Positions 18,433 to 27,057 of a DNA stretch of 64,000 nucleotides are shown piece by piece. Within the stretch, counting starts at the first letter, position 1. Each line of letters opens with the position of its first letter. The stretch is taken from sequence record OR192075.1; one strand, 5' to 3'. The translations under genes and the position numbers were made by a program. The notes under the pieces were generated by a model, which saw only the letters and a program-made list of their open reading frames with translations, was not told the origin of the DNA and ran no database searches. The DNA is from Escherichia phage MIZ6.

Positions 18433-19241
18433 TCTACGTTAGTTACATAAACTTCTTGTGTATCAGAAGACTTACCACCTGAACGATCTAGGCAATAGGT
18501 CTTATTCAACAGGACGCAGTTTAAATCATTCCGCTTGATAAAGTCAAGAAGATGATCATTTACCTTTCCCTTATGATGTGTGACATTACTGATACCAAAC
18601 TGAAAACCACGCGCCATAATAGATTCTACCCACTGATAGAATTTAATCTCTTCCTCGTCACTCCAGAACTTATTATATTCCGCAGAAGTGATAAGGTACG
18701 GCGGGTCCAAATAAACGAAATCACCTGGCAAGATCTCGATCTCGTCATAACGACCAGACGTAAAACTGATTCGACCGTCTTTGTTTTCTTCCTTAAAATT
18801 CAGGACACGCTCTACCGCGTTTTCGTTAAAAGTCCGGCGACCAAAATTAGCATTAAATTCGCCCTTCCGGTTATGGCGGTTAAGGTTGCTAAAACTGTGC
18901 TGAATCAACACAAACAGCGATAGCGGATCTGGATTCTCGTTATACTTCTTACGGAATGCCATGTAAGCATCTTTATCATCGCGAGACAAACCATTTTCGG
19001 CAATAATCCGCTTGATCGTAGAAACCGGATCAGGACACTCGTCAATGGCCTTGTAAGCATCAATTAAGCGGTGATCATAGTCATTAGCCAGAACATCCCC
19101 TTCGACGTACAGAGACACGCTCAAACCGCCACAAAAGGCATCGACAAAGCGGTTATAGTGCTTAGGGAAATATTTACTAACACCGGGCAATAACTTTTCC
19201 TTATTGCCCGTATAGGGAATTAAACCTAATGCTTTCTTCAT
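18429..19241 (-). CDS. dam: Dam DNA adenine methyltransferase
   Basis: 270 aa; FVDAFCGGLSV SAM-binding motif and DPPY catalytic motif; resembles T4 Dam along its length. Confidence 0.9.
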   Translation of the reverse strand: MKKALGLIPYTGNKEKLLPGVSKYFPKHYNRFVDAFCGGLSVSLYVEGDVLANDYDHRLIDAYKAIDECPDPVSTIKRIIAENGLSRDDKDAYMAFRKKYNENPDPLSLFVLIQHSFSNLNRHNRKGEFNANFGRRTFNENAVERVLNFKEENKDGRISFTSGRYDEIEILPGDFVYLDPPYLITSAEYNKFWSDEEEIKFYQWVESIMARGFQFGISNVTHHKGKVNDHLLDFIKRNDLNCVLLNKTYCLDRSGGKSSDTQEVYVTNVD

Positions 19242-19672
19242 TATCCCTTCCTCAAATAAGTTCGTTCAATCTCTACCAGTTCGAAAAATTCTTGCCAATC
19301 ACACGGAAAGTTACAGTTTCCAAAATGGTCTTCGTTATAGAGTTCTTTACCGGATGGCAACTTAATATCTGTTACAGTATACCAACCGCAACAATCGCAA
19401 TCACCCTCAGCAACAGAAACCTTCGTAGGAATTTGCATCATTGCCAGATAGGTTGGCACGTCAGACTGTTCAAAGATCATGTAACCTTCATGGTCAAACG
19501 AGACAAAATTGTCATCACCCAAAAAAGGAATGTAATGGTCATAATCGGTTACATGTTGACCGTGTAATTCCCATTCTACAATTTTAACATTACCACTAAA
19601 CTTTATACCCATAATTTCAACAAGAAAATGAGTATCGTCAATGTAAATCTTACTAGGGGTTGGATAAACCAT
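19241..19672 (-). CDS. hypothetical protein
   Basis: 143-aa ORF; CDCCGWY cysteine cluster. Confidence 0.5.
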   Translation of the reverse strand: MVYPTPSKIYIDDTHFLVEIMGIKFSGNVKIVEWELHGQHVTDYDHYIPFLGDDNFVSFDHEGYMIFEQSDVPTYLAMMQIPTKVSVAEGDCDCCGWYTVTDIKLPSGKELYNEDHFGNCNFPCDWQEFFELVEIERTYLRKG

Positions 19673-19682
19673 TATATAATCC

Positions 19683-19979
19683 TCATATCTCAGAGAATAG
19701 AATCTCTGTTAGCTTCACTGACTGCTCTCTGAATGTTAGCGTATACTCGAAAGGAAAGTCAACACCCAACTTCAAAAGAGAATAGCCTACCGCCTCTTTA
19801 TGCTTATCGGTTATGGCGATCCTAACCAATTCCCGTTGAATCTCTTTAGGCGGTGAATGGATAGTAACACGGGTATCATGTAATGTCCAATCACCATTTC
19901 GAATTAAGATTAACGGTTTATCATCATTGAAGATCACCGACCCCTTTCCGGTCGGTGAATGTTTTATATTAATCATCAA
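19683..19979 (-). CDS. hypothetical protein
   Basis: 98-aa ORF. Confidence 0.45.
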   Translation of the reverse strand: MMINIKHSPTGKGSVIFNDDKPLILIRNGDWTLHDTRVTIHSPPKEIQRELVRIAITDKHKEAVGYSLLKLGVDFPFEYTLTFREQSVKLTEILFSEI

Positions 19980-20190
19980 ATTCTAAGAAATATTCTGGAA
20001 CGATATAACCGTTAAAGTCATTGCACTTATAAAAATGTGGTGCATTTAATGCTGGATGAGCATTAGTAAAGAGTTTACCCTCTAGAAACAGAATGTAATT
20101 AATCGGTCTAATACCGACAGAATCAGGATCTAAACCTTTTTCTTTCAGTTCAGCCAGCGTTAAAACTCGTCCAGATCGTAACTTAGCCAT
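19969..20190 (-). CDS. hypothetical protein
   Basis: 73-aa ORF. Confidence 0.4.
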   Translation of the reverse strand: MAKLRSGRVLTLAELKEKGLDPDSVGIRPINYILFLEGKLFTNAHPALNAPHFYKCNDFNGYIVPEYFLEFDD

Positions 20191-20476
20191 GATTTACCCC
20201 AAATTCATCAAGATTATGTCGCAGCATTTCAGAGTATTTTTCTACTTCCTTAATCTTAGTGTGGATCTCCACGATCTCATCTTCACTATCAGAAAGTTTA
20301 ATGGCAATTGCTAGCGTGCTTTTACCAGCTTTCATAGTCTCTTTACGTTCAACCAATAGATCCGCGTGTTTCAATAGTAATTCTTCACGTTGAACATAAG
20401 CGACGGTCAAAGCATCATCAGCGATTTCTAAAGCATTTTCAGCGACACCAACAACCATTTTACGAGTAGACAGCAT
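20183..20476 (-). CDS. hypothetical protein
   Basis: 97-aa ORF. Confidence 0.45.
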   Translation of the reverse strand: MLSTRKMVVGVAENALEIADDALTVAYVQREELLLKHADLLVERKETMKAGKSTLAIAIKLSDSEDEIVEIHTKIKEVEKYSEMLRHNLDEFGVNHG

Positions 20477-20490
20477 AAATTCACCTCACA

Positions 20491-20799
20491 TTATTTCACG
20501 TTAACGCCGTCATCAATCCAGCCGACGCTATTTGGTTTAACAGTTTTACCATAGGATGCATACTTAATCAAGCATGGTTTAACATCATTATCAAATCTTC
20601 CTAAACGTACTCCCAAATCAGGAATATCCATGTATGCGGCTTTATACCCCCATGTGCCGTATTCAGAATCAATCTCAACCGGACGGCCTTTAAAAGCATA
20701 CACTACACCGTGACGGTCAACGATAACATAGCGATAACCAGCCGGAAGATACACAGTTTCGCCGTAAACTTTAACTGGAGTAGCAGAAGAGATAAACAT
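20491..20799 (-). CDS. hypothetical protein
   Basis: track start 20835 lies in the promoter; likely start ATG 20797-20799 with GAGGAT. Confidence 0.5.
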   Translation of the reverse strand: MFISSATPVKVYGETVYLPAGYRYVIVDRHGVVYAFKGRPVEIDSEYGTWGYKAAYMDIPDLGVRLGRFDNDVKPCLIKYASYGKTVKPNSVGWIDDGVNVK

Positions 20800-20833
20800 A
20801 ATATAATCCTCACATCGTTCATTTGATGCGGTC

Positions 20834-20862
20834 ATTATATGATAACCGCATTTTCATGTCAA
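20834..20862 (-). promoter_or_regulatory. sigma70-like early promoter with inverted repeat around -10
   Basis: -35 TTGACA 20857-20862, 17-bp spacer, -10 TATAAT 20834-20839; arms ATGCGGT 20826-20832 / ACCGCAT 20845-20851. Confidence 0.6.
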
Positions 20863-20868
20863 CAGTTT

Positions 20869-21243
20869 TTAAAAATCTTCTTCCGGTTTATATCGACCGT
20901 CATCGACTGGTTTTGGACTGAATCCGGTATGTTTGCGCGGCTTCGCTTCCGGTTTCCCCGCGATCGATAGTCCAAGCCATTTAAGAAGTTTGTATGAGTA
21001 AGCGATGATCACAACCACCCACGTTAAAGGCCATACAATAGAACAAATGGCATATGCTCCGGTATCGACCTCTTTGGTGTCCTTATCGAATCTGGCATAC
21101 AAGCAAATTATAAGATATGTGATCATTGCACCAGTAGGCCAAATATAAAGCACATTAACAATATCTTGTGTTGTCACGTTATCCTCCTTACATGTCTTGC
21201 AGTGCATAAAAGCATTTTTCTTCGTAGTCATAGAAAATGTCAA
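20869..21243 (-). CDS. hypothetical membrane protein
   Basis: 124 aa with two hydrophobic segments; start uncertain. Confidence 0.45.
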   Translation of the reverse strand: MTFSMTTKKNAFMHCKTCKEDNVTTQDIVNVLYIWPTGAMITYLIICLYARFDKDTKEVDTGAYAICSIVWPLTWVVVIIAYSYKLLKWLGLSIAGKPEAKPRKHTGFSPKPVDDGRYKPEEDF

Positions 21244-21466
21244 AGTATGCTTTTTCTACATACTCACCATTGATCCAAGCGGCAGTAACAATCAGAGTGG
21301 TCCAGTTAGATCCGCTCTCAACGGTAAAGGTTTTAATACCCAGCTTCGCTGCCAAGTCACGAGCAAACTGATCGCAACCACGGCAGGAAGTGATATTGGA
21401 AGTTTTGATTTTAAAGCCACCGCGAGTTTTAGAAATTTCTACTTTAGCGAAAGACAGGTTGCTCAT
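21188..21466 (-). CDS. hypothetical protein
   Basis: likely start ATG 21464-21466 (MSNLSFAK) with AAGGAGAAT leader. Confidence 0.45.
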   Translation of the reverse strand: MSNLSFAKVEISKTRGGFKIKTSNITSCRGCDQFARDLAAKLGIKTFTVESGSNWTTLIVTAAWINGEYVEKAYFDIFYDYEEKCFYALQDM

Positions 21467-21508
21467 TTTGATTCTCCTTAAGAAAGTGTGTTTCGTTTTG
21501 ATGTGTGT

Positions 21509-21537
21509 AGTATAGGGGATCACCGATCCCCTGTCAA
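21509..21537 (-). promoter_or_regulatory. sigma70-like early promoter
   Basis: -35 TTGACA 21532-21537; spacer palindrome GGGGATC-ACC-GATCCCC 21515-21531; -10 TATACT 21509-21514. Confidence 0.55.
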
Positions 21538-21546
21538 CAACTTTTT

Positions 21547-21876
21547 TTATGATTTTAGTGAATTAACCACTACATCAAAATGATGTACAGAGTACACCTT
21601 ACGAAACACATACTCATCGTGTTTAGGAATAGCGCCTAACCGCTTTATTTCGCTCGCTGACACGATAAACCGTTTATCCGGTGCATTTACCTTATATGCT
21701 TCAACAACGCACGGAAAACGCGTTTTAGCGAGTTCGGGATAGTTTTCTGACTCCATCAGGACAATGAATACCCTGTTACATTGATTGTAGAATCCTGTTT
21801 TTGATTTCATCAAGTTTTCTTCTCTGTACAATTCGTGCAATCTTCCTTTCATGATTTCGTTGGTTCTTGTCTTCAC
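21547..21876 (-). CDS. hypothetical protein
   Basis: 109-aa ORF; start ambiguous. Confidence 0.4.
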   Translation of the reverse strand: MKTRTNEIMKGRLHELYREENLMKSKTGFYNQCNRVFIVLMESENYPELAKTRFPCVVEAYKVNAPDKRFIVSASEIKRLGAIPKHDEYVFRKVYSVHHFDVVVNSLKS

Positions 21877-22117
21877 AGTTTACCCATTCAACAAGATCTT
21901 TACCCAACTCGAAAGCCCATTCTCGGTCTTGCTTTACGTTTTGTAGGTATGGACTTTCTGACACTCTACGAAGTGATGTTGTCGTAACAAGAATGATCTC
22001 AGGAATGGTCGGATGTTCTTTTCCATATACAATAGGACGCGAGTCACTATCAATACCTTGTAAGAAGGTGTATCCTGAATCACTTAGAATCATATACTTT
22101 TTCATTTCACACATCAC
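21776..22117 (-). CDS. hypothetical protein
   Basis: 113-aa ORF. Confidence 0.45.
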   Translation of the reverse strand: MMCEMKKYMILSDSGYTFLQGIDSDSRPIVYGKEHPTIPEIILVTTTSLRRVSESPYLQNVKQDREWAFELGKDLVEWVNCEDKNQRNHERKIARIVQRRKLDEIKNRILQSM

Positions 22118-22371
22118 AGTTTCCTCAACCAGTTATTAAAGCGAGCAAACCATGACGCTTTTCGTGCTTCTTTTACTTTATGTGCACGAAAACCACTGAA
22201 ACACCATTCATAATCATCACCGAAACATGATTCAACAGGAACACCCGCATTTCGTAGTTCTCTGGTCTTTATCATGAATCCTTGACATAAGGGGCGACCT
22301 TCAACAATGATAGGAAGTTTAACTTTTTCCATGAAAGTATACCCAGCACGGTCAATAATTTCAATTTTCAT
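22114..22371 (-). CDS. hypothetical protein
   Basis: 85-aa ORF. Confidence 0.45.
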   Translation of the reverse strand: MKIEIIDRAGYTFMEKVKLPIIVEGRPLCQGFMIKTRELRNAGVPVESCFGDDYEWCFSGFRAHKVKEARKASWFARFNNWLRKL

Positions 22372-22616
22372 TTTACATTATCTCCATAGATCTTTCCATC
22401 AATATCAATTTCACCAGCGCGAACATCTAGGATAAGATGCGGTAGGTGTATGCAGTTTTCCCACCCTACGCGCTTCATTTCTGAAACAGTGACGTAAGCC
22501 CACCCGTTCGCTGTAATAAAGTCTACTTCAACCTTGAGAGGAAAGCAAGACTTTTCTATGTCTTCGAATCCGATAATGTGTTTTGTCGTTGAATATGGAA
22601 TATATCCGATGATCAT
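22368..22616 (-). CDS. hypothetical protein
   Basis: 82-aa ORF. Confidence 0.45.
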   Translation of the reverse strand: MIIGYIPYSTTKHIIGFEDIEKSCFPLKVEVDFITANGWAYVTVSEMKRVGWENCIHLPHLILDVRAGEIDIDGKIYGDNVK

Positions 22617-23074
22617 TTTGTGATCTCCTTATACTCAACACACCATAAGCGGGTAGCCCATGATAAACGCTCATAACGCTGGCAGAAATCGGACCATAGA
22701 TATTGTGTACCGTCTTGCATGGTTGAAATATGCGTTTTCTCACCTACTTTCACGAAAGAAGTATTCGATTTTGTGATCTCGACCGGAGTATATCCGAAAG
22801 CGGGTTCCAAGTCAACATCTGAACTAAATGCCAATTTAACAGAATTTGTTTTTCTGACCGCTGTCCGGTTTCCTTCTGGGTACAACACAGCAGGTTTAGC
22901 GCCTAAGCGGATAAACTCAGTATTTTTAATGAACAGAATATCATGATAACCGTCATATTCCGACACTTCCATAGTAACAGGAAAATTGATATGTGCTAAA
23001 CCTGGTAGATCTCGCATATCATGAAATGTAGCCATAATCTTTTTCATTCTATATTCCTCACTCTTCTGTTTCAT
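22613..23074 (-). CDS. hypothetical protein
   Basis: 153-aa ORF. Confidence 0.5.
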   Translation of the reverse strand: MKQKSEEYRMKKIMATFHDMRDLPGLAHINFPVTMEVSEYDGYHDILFIKNTEFIRLGAKPAVLYPEGNRTAVRKTNSVKLAFSSDVDLEPAFGYTPVEITKSNTSFVKVGEKTHISTMQDGTQYLWSDFCQRYERLSWATRLWCVEYKEITK

Positions 23075-23255
23075 TTCTTTTATATGGTACTATAACAGGA
23101 TTAATACAGCAAGCACCAATTACGTTATGAGCACCACAATTTAAACATTTATAGTCATGGAACTTATTAAGGAATCGACCAAACTCATAACCGACTAGCG
23201 CCGCATGTACTTGAGTCTCGATCTCATCCATATCAGCCAATGTTTTAACCTTCAT
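23058..23255 (-). CDS. hypothetical Cys-rich small protein
   Basis: 65 aa; CLNCGAHNVIGACC. Confidence 0.4.
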   Translation of the reverse strand: MKVKTLADMDEIETQVHAALVGYEFGRFLNKFHDYKCLNCGAHNVIGACCINPVIVPYKRNETEE

Positions 23256-23265
23256 AATATAATCC

Positions 23266-23556
23266 TCAAATTGTAGTTTTGCGAAGATGGTTATTACATG
23301 CTTTTAATGCATCATTCGCGGTGTCATAGCGAGTATTATCATAGCACCAATAACCATCTGTCAACCGATAAATTAATCCATCCTTTTTAGCTTCTATGAA
23401 AGATAACTCTTTGAAAGTTTCTACTTTCTTTGCTGATACTCCACGGTCACGGCGTTTATAGAGTTTAGCTAAAATGCGTTCAGCTTGTTCCTCTTTATCA
23501 CCTGACAGATCCCAGATGATGTTTCGGATATGCTTGATTAATTGTTCAGTGGTCAT
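23266..23556 (-). CDS. hypothetical protein
   Basis: 96-aa ORF. Confidence 0.45.
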   Translation of the reverse strand: MTTEQLIKHIRNIIWDLSGDKEEQAERILAKLYKRRDRGVSAKKVETFKELSFIEAKKDGLIYRLTDGYWCYDNTRYDTANDALKACNNHLRKTTI

Positions 23557-23585
23557 CTTTGATTCTCCTTAGTTGGTATGCGTGC

Positions 23586-23613
23586 ATTATAGCATTGTGA
23601 TTATCTTTGTCAA
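23586..23613 (-). promoter_or_regulatory. sigma70-like early promoter (cassette with terminator 23631-23650)
   Basis: -35 TTGACA 23608-23613, 16-bp spacer, -10 TATAAT 23586-23591. Confidence 0.55.
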
Positions 23614-23630
23614 CACCCAAAAACAAAAAA

Positions 23631-23650
23631 GGCTACCCCGAAGGATAGCC
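23631..23650 (-). terminator. terminator hairpin
   Basis: GGCTACC-CCGAAGG-ATAGCC followed by T-run on minus strand. Confidence 0.5.
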
Positions 23651-23657
23651 CATAAAA

Positions 23658-24443
23658 TTACACGCGAGCACCGTAGATCGTGCCTACTTTATCCCAGCGA
23701 GGGGCATTACCAGTAACAGCTTTACCCGCAGCACCACCAGAGTGAACAGTTCCTCCAGTACCACCTTTAATATATGAAGATTTGCCAGCAGCTCCCAAAT
23801 CTCCACCATCTCCTCCATAATGAACCCCAGAAACAGTGCCTTTACCTGGGGCAGAAATTGTACCAGCAGATGCTGCCGCTGCGCCGCCTCCTGCCGCACC
23901 CGCAGCACCAAATGGACGGCCTCCACCGCCGCCAAATTTCATATCCATTTGAGGGAAAGGATTGTATCTAGCACCAGCACCGCCACCACCGCCACCACCA
24001 ATAATACCATTATTGTTTATTCTTAAACGAGTTCCAATTCCGTTATTTATTGCATTTCCTCCTGCTCCACCAGCAGAGTTACTTCCGCCATTTCCTCCAC
24101 GACCTAATACATGAACACCAGAGTTAATAATGAGTGTTACATATTCGTTTGTCAGTGAGCTAGGGAAATCAAGACAAGGAACGCCAGTAGATTGGGAAAC
24201 AATATTACCCGTGATAGTAATTACTACCGGAGTAGATCCTTGTGCTTTCATCCAGTTAATAAGAGTGTCTTTATTGTAAGAGTTACTAGCACCAATGCTA
24301 TAATGAATCTCTTTAGAGCGTCCGACCATTGCCGACATATACGCCGGACGACCTAAGCGAACAGCTTGCATTGCGGCGCTCATCCACCGTTGACCAGTCT
24401 CGGACACAGCAGATGATCCTACCCATCCAGAAGATATTGCCAT
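23658..24443 (-). CDS. glycine/alanine-rich low-complexity protein with ~110-aa N-terminal globular region
   Basis: 261 aa; runs GGGGGGGAGA, FGGGGGRPFGAAGAAGGGAAAA, GGDGGDLGAAG; GAGGAAA RBS. Confidence 0.6.
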   Translation of the reverse strand: MAISSGWVGSSAVSETGQRWMSAAMQAVRLGRPAYMSAMVGRSKEIHYSIGASNSYNKDTLINWMKAQGSTPVVITITGNIVSQSTGVPCLDFPSSLTNEYVTLIINSGVHVLGRGGNGGSNSAGGAGGNAINNGIGTRLRINNNGIIGGGGGGGAGARYNPFPQMDMKFGGGGGRPFGAAGAAGGGAAAASAGTISAPGKGTVSGVHYGGDGGDLGAAGKSSYIKGGTGGTVHSGGAAGKAVTGNAPRWDKVGTIYGARV

Positions 24444-24463
24444 AAAATTTCCTCACAAGAAAA

Positions 24464-24479
24464 GCCCCAATTAAGGGGC
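24464..24479 (-). terminator. terminator hairpin upstream of Gly-rich gene
   Basis: GCCCC-AATTAA-GGGGC followed by TTTTCTT on minus strand. Confidence 0.5.
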
Positions 24480-24497
24480 ATTGATTGATAATATTAC

Positions 24498-24719
24498 TTA
24501 GATGACCTCTGCTTCACCATTCAGGAAGAAAGACCATGTTTTGTTAGGATAGCGAAGCGCCCATGATTCAGCGGTTTTAACACCAGATTCGAACAATTGA
24601 CGGCTGGTTACTTTAGCCATACCATCTTCGATGGCAACGTTTTCAATAATCATCGGGTACTTAGCGCCACGCATGAAACCGAAGCCAGCGGAAGATTTGA
24701 TAATTTTAACCGTTGCCAT
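24498..24719 (-). CDS. hypothetical protein
   Basis: 73-aa ORF. Confidence 0.45.
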   Translation of the reverse strand: MATVKIIKSSAGFGFMRGAKYPMIIENVAIEDGMAKVTSRQLFESGVKTAESWALRYPNKTWSFFLNGEAEVI

Positions 24720-24760
24720 TTTTGATTCTCCTAGAAAGTGTATCTCGTTTCGATGTGTGT

Positions 24761-24789
24761 ATTATGCAATAACACCGGAACGCTGTCAA
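24761..24789 (-). promoter_or_regulatory. sigma70-like early promoter
   Basis: -35 TTGACA 24784-24789, 17-bp spacer, -10 CATAAT 24761-24766; conserved CATCGAAACGAGA leader. Confidence 0.55.
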
Positions 24790-24807
24790 CACTTTCTAAG
24801 AAAAATT

Positions 24808-25092
24808 TTAAACTAATCGAATGTAGCCCAAAATTTCAGCATTTTTAGCCAGATCTAAAATTTCCCATTCAAGATCGCCGTAGTCATAATTTGCAACCAT
24901 CAACTGACCATTTTTCATGCAGCAATCATGAGAGAAAATTTGCCCCGCATAAACTACGATAGTAATAAACTTTCCTGATTCTGGCGGTGTGGAAGACAAA
25001 GCGACCATATGACCATTCAGCTTAGTCACCAGTGATGGAACAATAAAATTCGGGCTTACCTGAATACCGTTAAATTCGTTTGTGTCTTTCAT
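24808..25092 (-). CDS. hypothetical protein
   Basis: 94-aa ORF. Confidence 0.45.
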   Translation of the reverse strand: MKDTNEFNGIQVSPNFIVPSLVTKLNGHMVALSSTPPESGKFITIVVYAGQIFSHDCCMKNGQLMVANYDYGDLEWEILDLAKNAEILGYIRLV

Positions 25093-25439
25093 GCCAGACC
25101 TCGCAAAACACTAATAGCATAATCATGCTGGTTATTCATAATATCAATTGCATTGTGATAACGAGCTAAACCATCAAGGATAAATTCTTGTTTATCCTGT
25201 TTCAGTTTGGTATCACGCGCAGCCATAAGAGCATCAAGAACAGGTCCAAAGTGATTATCTAATTCATCTTCGGTTGCAATGTTTCCTATTGCCTCGTCGA
25301 TCCGTGATTCTAATGCTTGCTTTTCGTTGATCACTTGCTGGGTATATTCCAACACATCAAGAATATCGCGGGTAACGTCGCCATGATAAGGTATCCCCGC
25401 ATGAAGATGATCGATTAATCGCTGAATATCAATGTTCAT
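25089..25439 (-). CDS. hypothetical protein
   Basis: 116-aa ORF. Confidence 0.45.
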   Translation of the reverse strand: MNIDIQRLIDHLHAGIPYHGDVTRDILDVLEYTQQVINEKQALESRIDEAIGNIATEDELDNHFGPVLDALMAARDTKLKQDKQEFILDGLARYHNAIDIMNNQHDYAISVLRGLA

Positions 25440-25774
25440 TTGTAACCCTCCTCTGAAAGCACATCCCAGATCGTTGCGTCAAGATGCATTAAATTCCACA
25501 TAATAGAGTCATAACTACCGAAGCCAGAAGTAAAAATTACATCACACTGGCGATATGTCTTATGAAAATCGGTGGCTGTCTCTGCATCAATCGGCATATC
25601 GTCACCGGAAAGCACCAGACATTTAAGAATCATAACTCTGTTAGCCGTTGGCGCTTGCTTAGTCTTTTCAGCATATTTTTCGATGATCCGTTTTGCCTTT
25701 TCTTCTTTGATACGTCCAGACCAAATCCGGTTTCGGTATTGATTCATAATAATTTCAATCACATCATTTTGCAT
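25436..25774 (-). CDS. hypothetical protein
   Basis: 112-aa ORF. Confidence 0.45.
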   Translation of the reverse strand: MQNDVIEIIMNQYRNRIWSGRIKEEKAKRIIEKYAEKTKQAPTANRVMILKCLVLSGDDMPIDAETATDFHKTYRQCDVIFTSGFGSYDSIMWNLMHLDATIWDVLSEEGYK

Positions 25775-25973
25775 TCTTCACGGTCTCCATAATTGTTTTG
25801 TAAGCCAGTTTAAGATGATCACCGAAAAACTTTGCGGTGTTACCCTTCGGATCGCGGAGCATGGTTTCTACGATCTCATCGGTAGTAACAATTTCTCCTT
25901 TCTTTGCTGCATGTTCTACCATATACTTCAAAGTTTCTTCGGAAGCAAGTGCTGCCGCTACTGGATTAATCAT
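25764..25973 (-). CDS. hypothetical protein
   Basis: 69-aa ORF downstream of promoter cassette. Confidence 0.4.
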   Translation of the reverse strand: MINPVAAALASEETLKYMVEHAAKKGEIVTTDEIVETMLRDPKGNTAKFFGDHLKLAYKTIMETVKNAK

Positions 25974-26002
25974 TTTGATTCTCCTTTGTTGTCGATGTGT
26001 GC

Positions 26003-26031
26003 ATTATGCTATACCCTATTCCGGTTGTCAA
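26003..26031 (-). promoter_or_regulatory. sigma70-like early promoter (cassette with terminator 26047-26068)
   Basis: -35 TTGACA 26026-26031, 17-bp spacer, -10 CATAAT 26003-26008. Confidence 0.55.
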
Positions 26032-26046
26032 CACCTAAAAACGAAA

Positions 26047-26068
26047 AAGCCACCCTTTCGGATGGCTT
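26047..26068. terminator. terminator hairpin flanked by A-run and T-run (either strand)
   Basis: AAAAAGCCACCCTTTCGGATGGCTTTTT. Confidence 0.55.
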
Positions 26069-26301
26069 TTTGATTATATTTTATTCACGTCCATTTGTAT
26101 AGTAGTGTTTGAATCGACCTTTGCTAAACTAGTTAAACATAGTAACCAATTCACCATCCCTTTCCAATGATAACACTTCCTCGTCTTAGACGGGTCTTCT
26201 GATTCGGCAGTAATTGAACACGCGAAAGTATGAGGAAGCCAAATAGTTGTGTTGATGCTAGTATTCTTTTACTTCTGGTATGTATCCCAATGTGACTAAC
26301 A

Positions 26302-26700
26302 TTAAGCCAATCGAGTGAGTTTATAAATTGTTTTAAAGCATAGAGCTTTGATATCGTCTAAAACGCTCTGTAACGAGCTATCAACATCATTATAAATCTC
26401 ACTAGCCATTTGCGTTAACTCTTGCAAATAGGCAATTTCGCTCATCTCCTTGCGGACGACCAACGTTGGCCGATAACGACCAGTGATCCCAATATTGGTT
26501 TCAGTGAAATCATCAACCAATTCTTGCATTTCAAGATAGAACTCTTCTAGAGCCTTATGTTTTGCATAAGATCCAGGACCAGTTACCCCAAAATGCGCAG
26601 AATGCATATAAGTAACACTCATCAGACATTCACCGATAAAGCGGTCAACTTTATTATCTTTTCCATCTTCGGACGTCTTTCGAAAATCACTGAATTTCAT
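26302..26700 (-). CDS. hypothetical protein (possible ferritin/Dps-like helical bundle, weak)
   Basis: track ORF 26302..26799; likely start MKFSDFRK at 26700 with GGAGAA; segment HSAHFGVTGPGSYAKHKALEEF. Confidence 0.4.
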   Translation of the reverse strand: MKFSDFRKTSEDGKDNKVDRFIGECLMSVTYMHSAHFGVTGPGSYAKHKALEEFYLEMQELVDDFTETNIGITGRYRPTLVVRKEMSEIAYLQELTQMASEIYNDVDSSLQSVLDDIKALCFKTIYKLTRLA

Positions 26701-26989
26701 GTTCTCGATTCTCCATATTATGCAACATAACAAACTGTTGTGCGGCATATTCCCCCATAATAAAACACTGCTTAGAATCCATACATTTACTACGAGCATA
26801 CATCTTCATAATATGGGCATGAAATTTCTGGCTGGTTTCAATGGAAGGAGATATTTTGTTTACATATACTATCATTGCACCGTCGAAATAATCAGTAAAG
26901 TCACCAGTTGGATCATATTGATCAGCACTGACACTTCCGACCGCAGTCAAGCATATTGCCGCTGTTAGAGTTTTACGAATAAATGACAT
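26687..26989 (-). CDS. rI: lysis inhibition regulator rI-like periplasmic protein
   Basis: 100 aa; N-terminal signal/anchor; Cys pattern resembling T4 rI; sits immediately upstream of tk as in T4. Confidence 0.55.
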   Translation of the reverse strand: MSFIRKTLTAAICLTAVGSVSADQYDPTGDFTDYFDGAMIVYVNKISPSIETSQKFHAHIMKMYARSKCMDSKQCFIMGEYAAQQFVMLHNMENREHEIQ

Positions 26990-27057
26990 AAGTCATTCCC
27001 CCAGATTAAAAATATTCAGTTATATTTATAATCTGGGGCTTTATTTATGATTAACTC

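Noticed and set aside
22528-22743. 71-aa minus-strand ORF
   Set aside because: Overlaps two better-supported neighbouring ORFs (22368-22616 and 22613-23074) in a different frame.
23684-24026. Three overlapping ORFs (23684-23935 minus, 23774-23971 plus, 23820-24026 plus) inside the Gly-rich gene
   Set aside because: Artefacts of the GC-rich low-complexity GGN/GCN repeats, which are open in several frames; the 261-aa frame has the RBS and terminator context.
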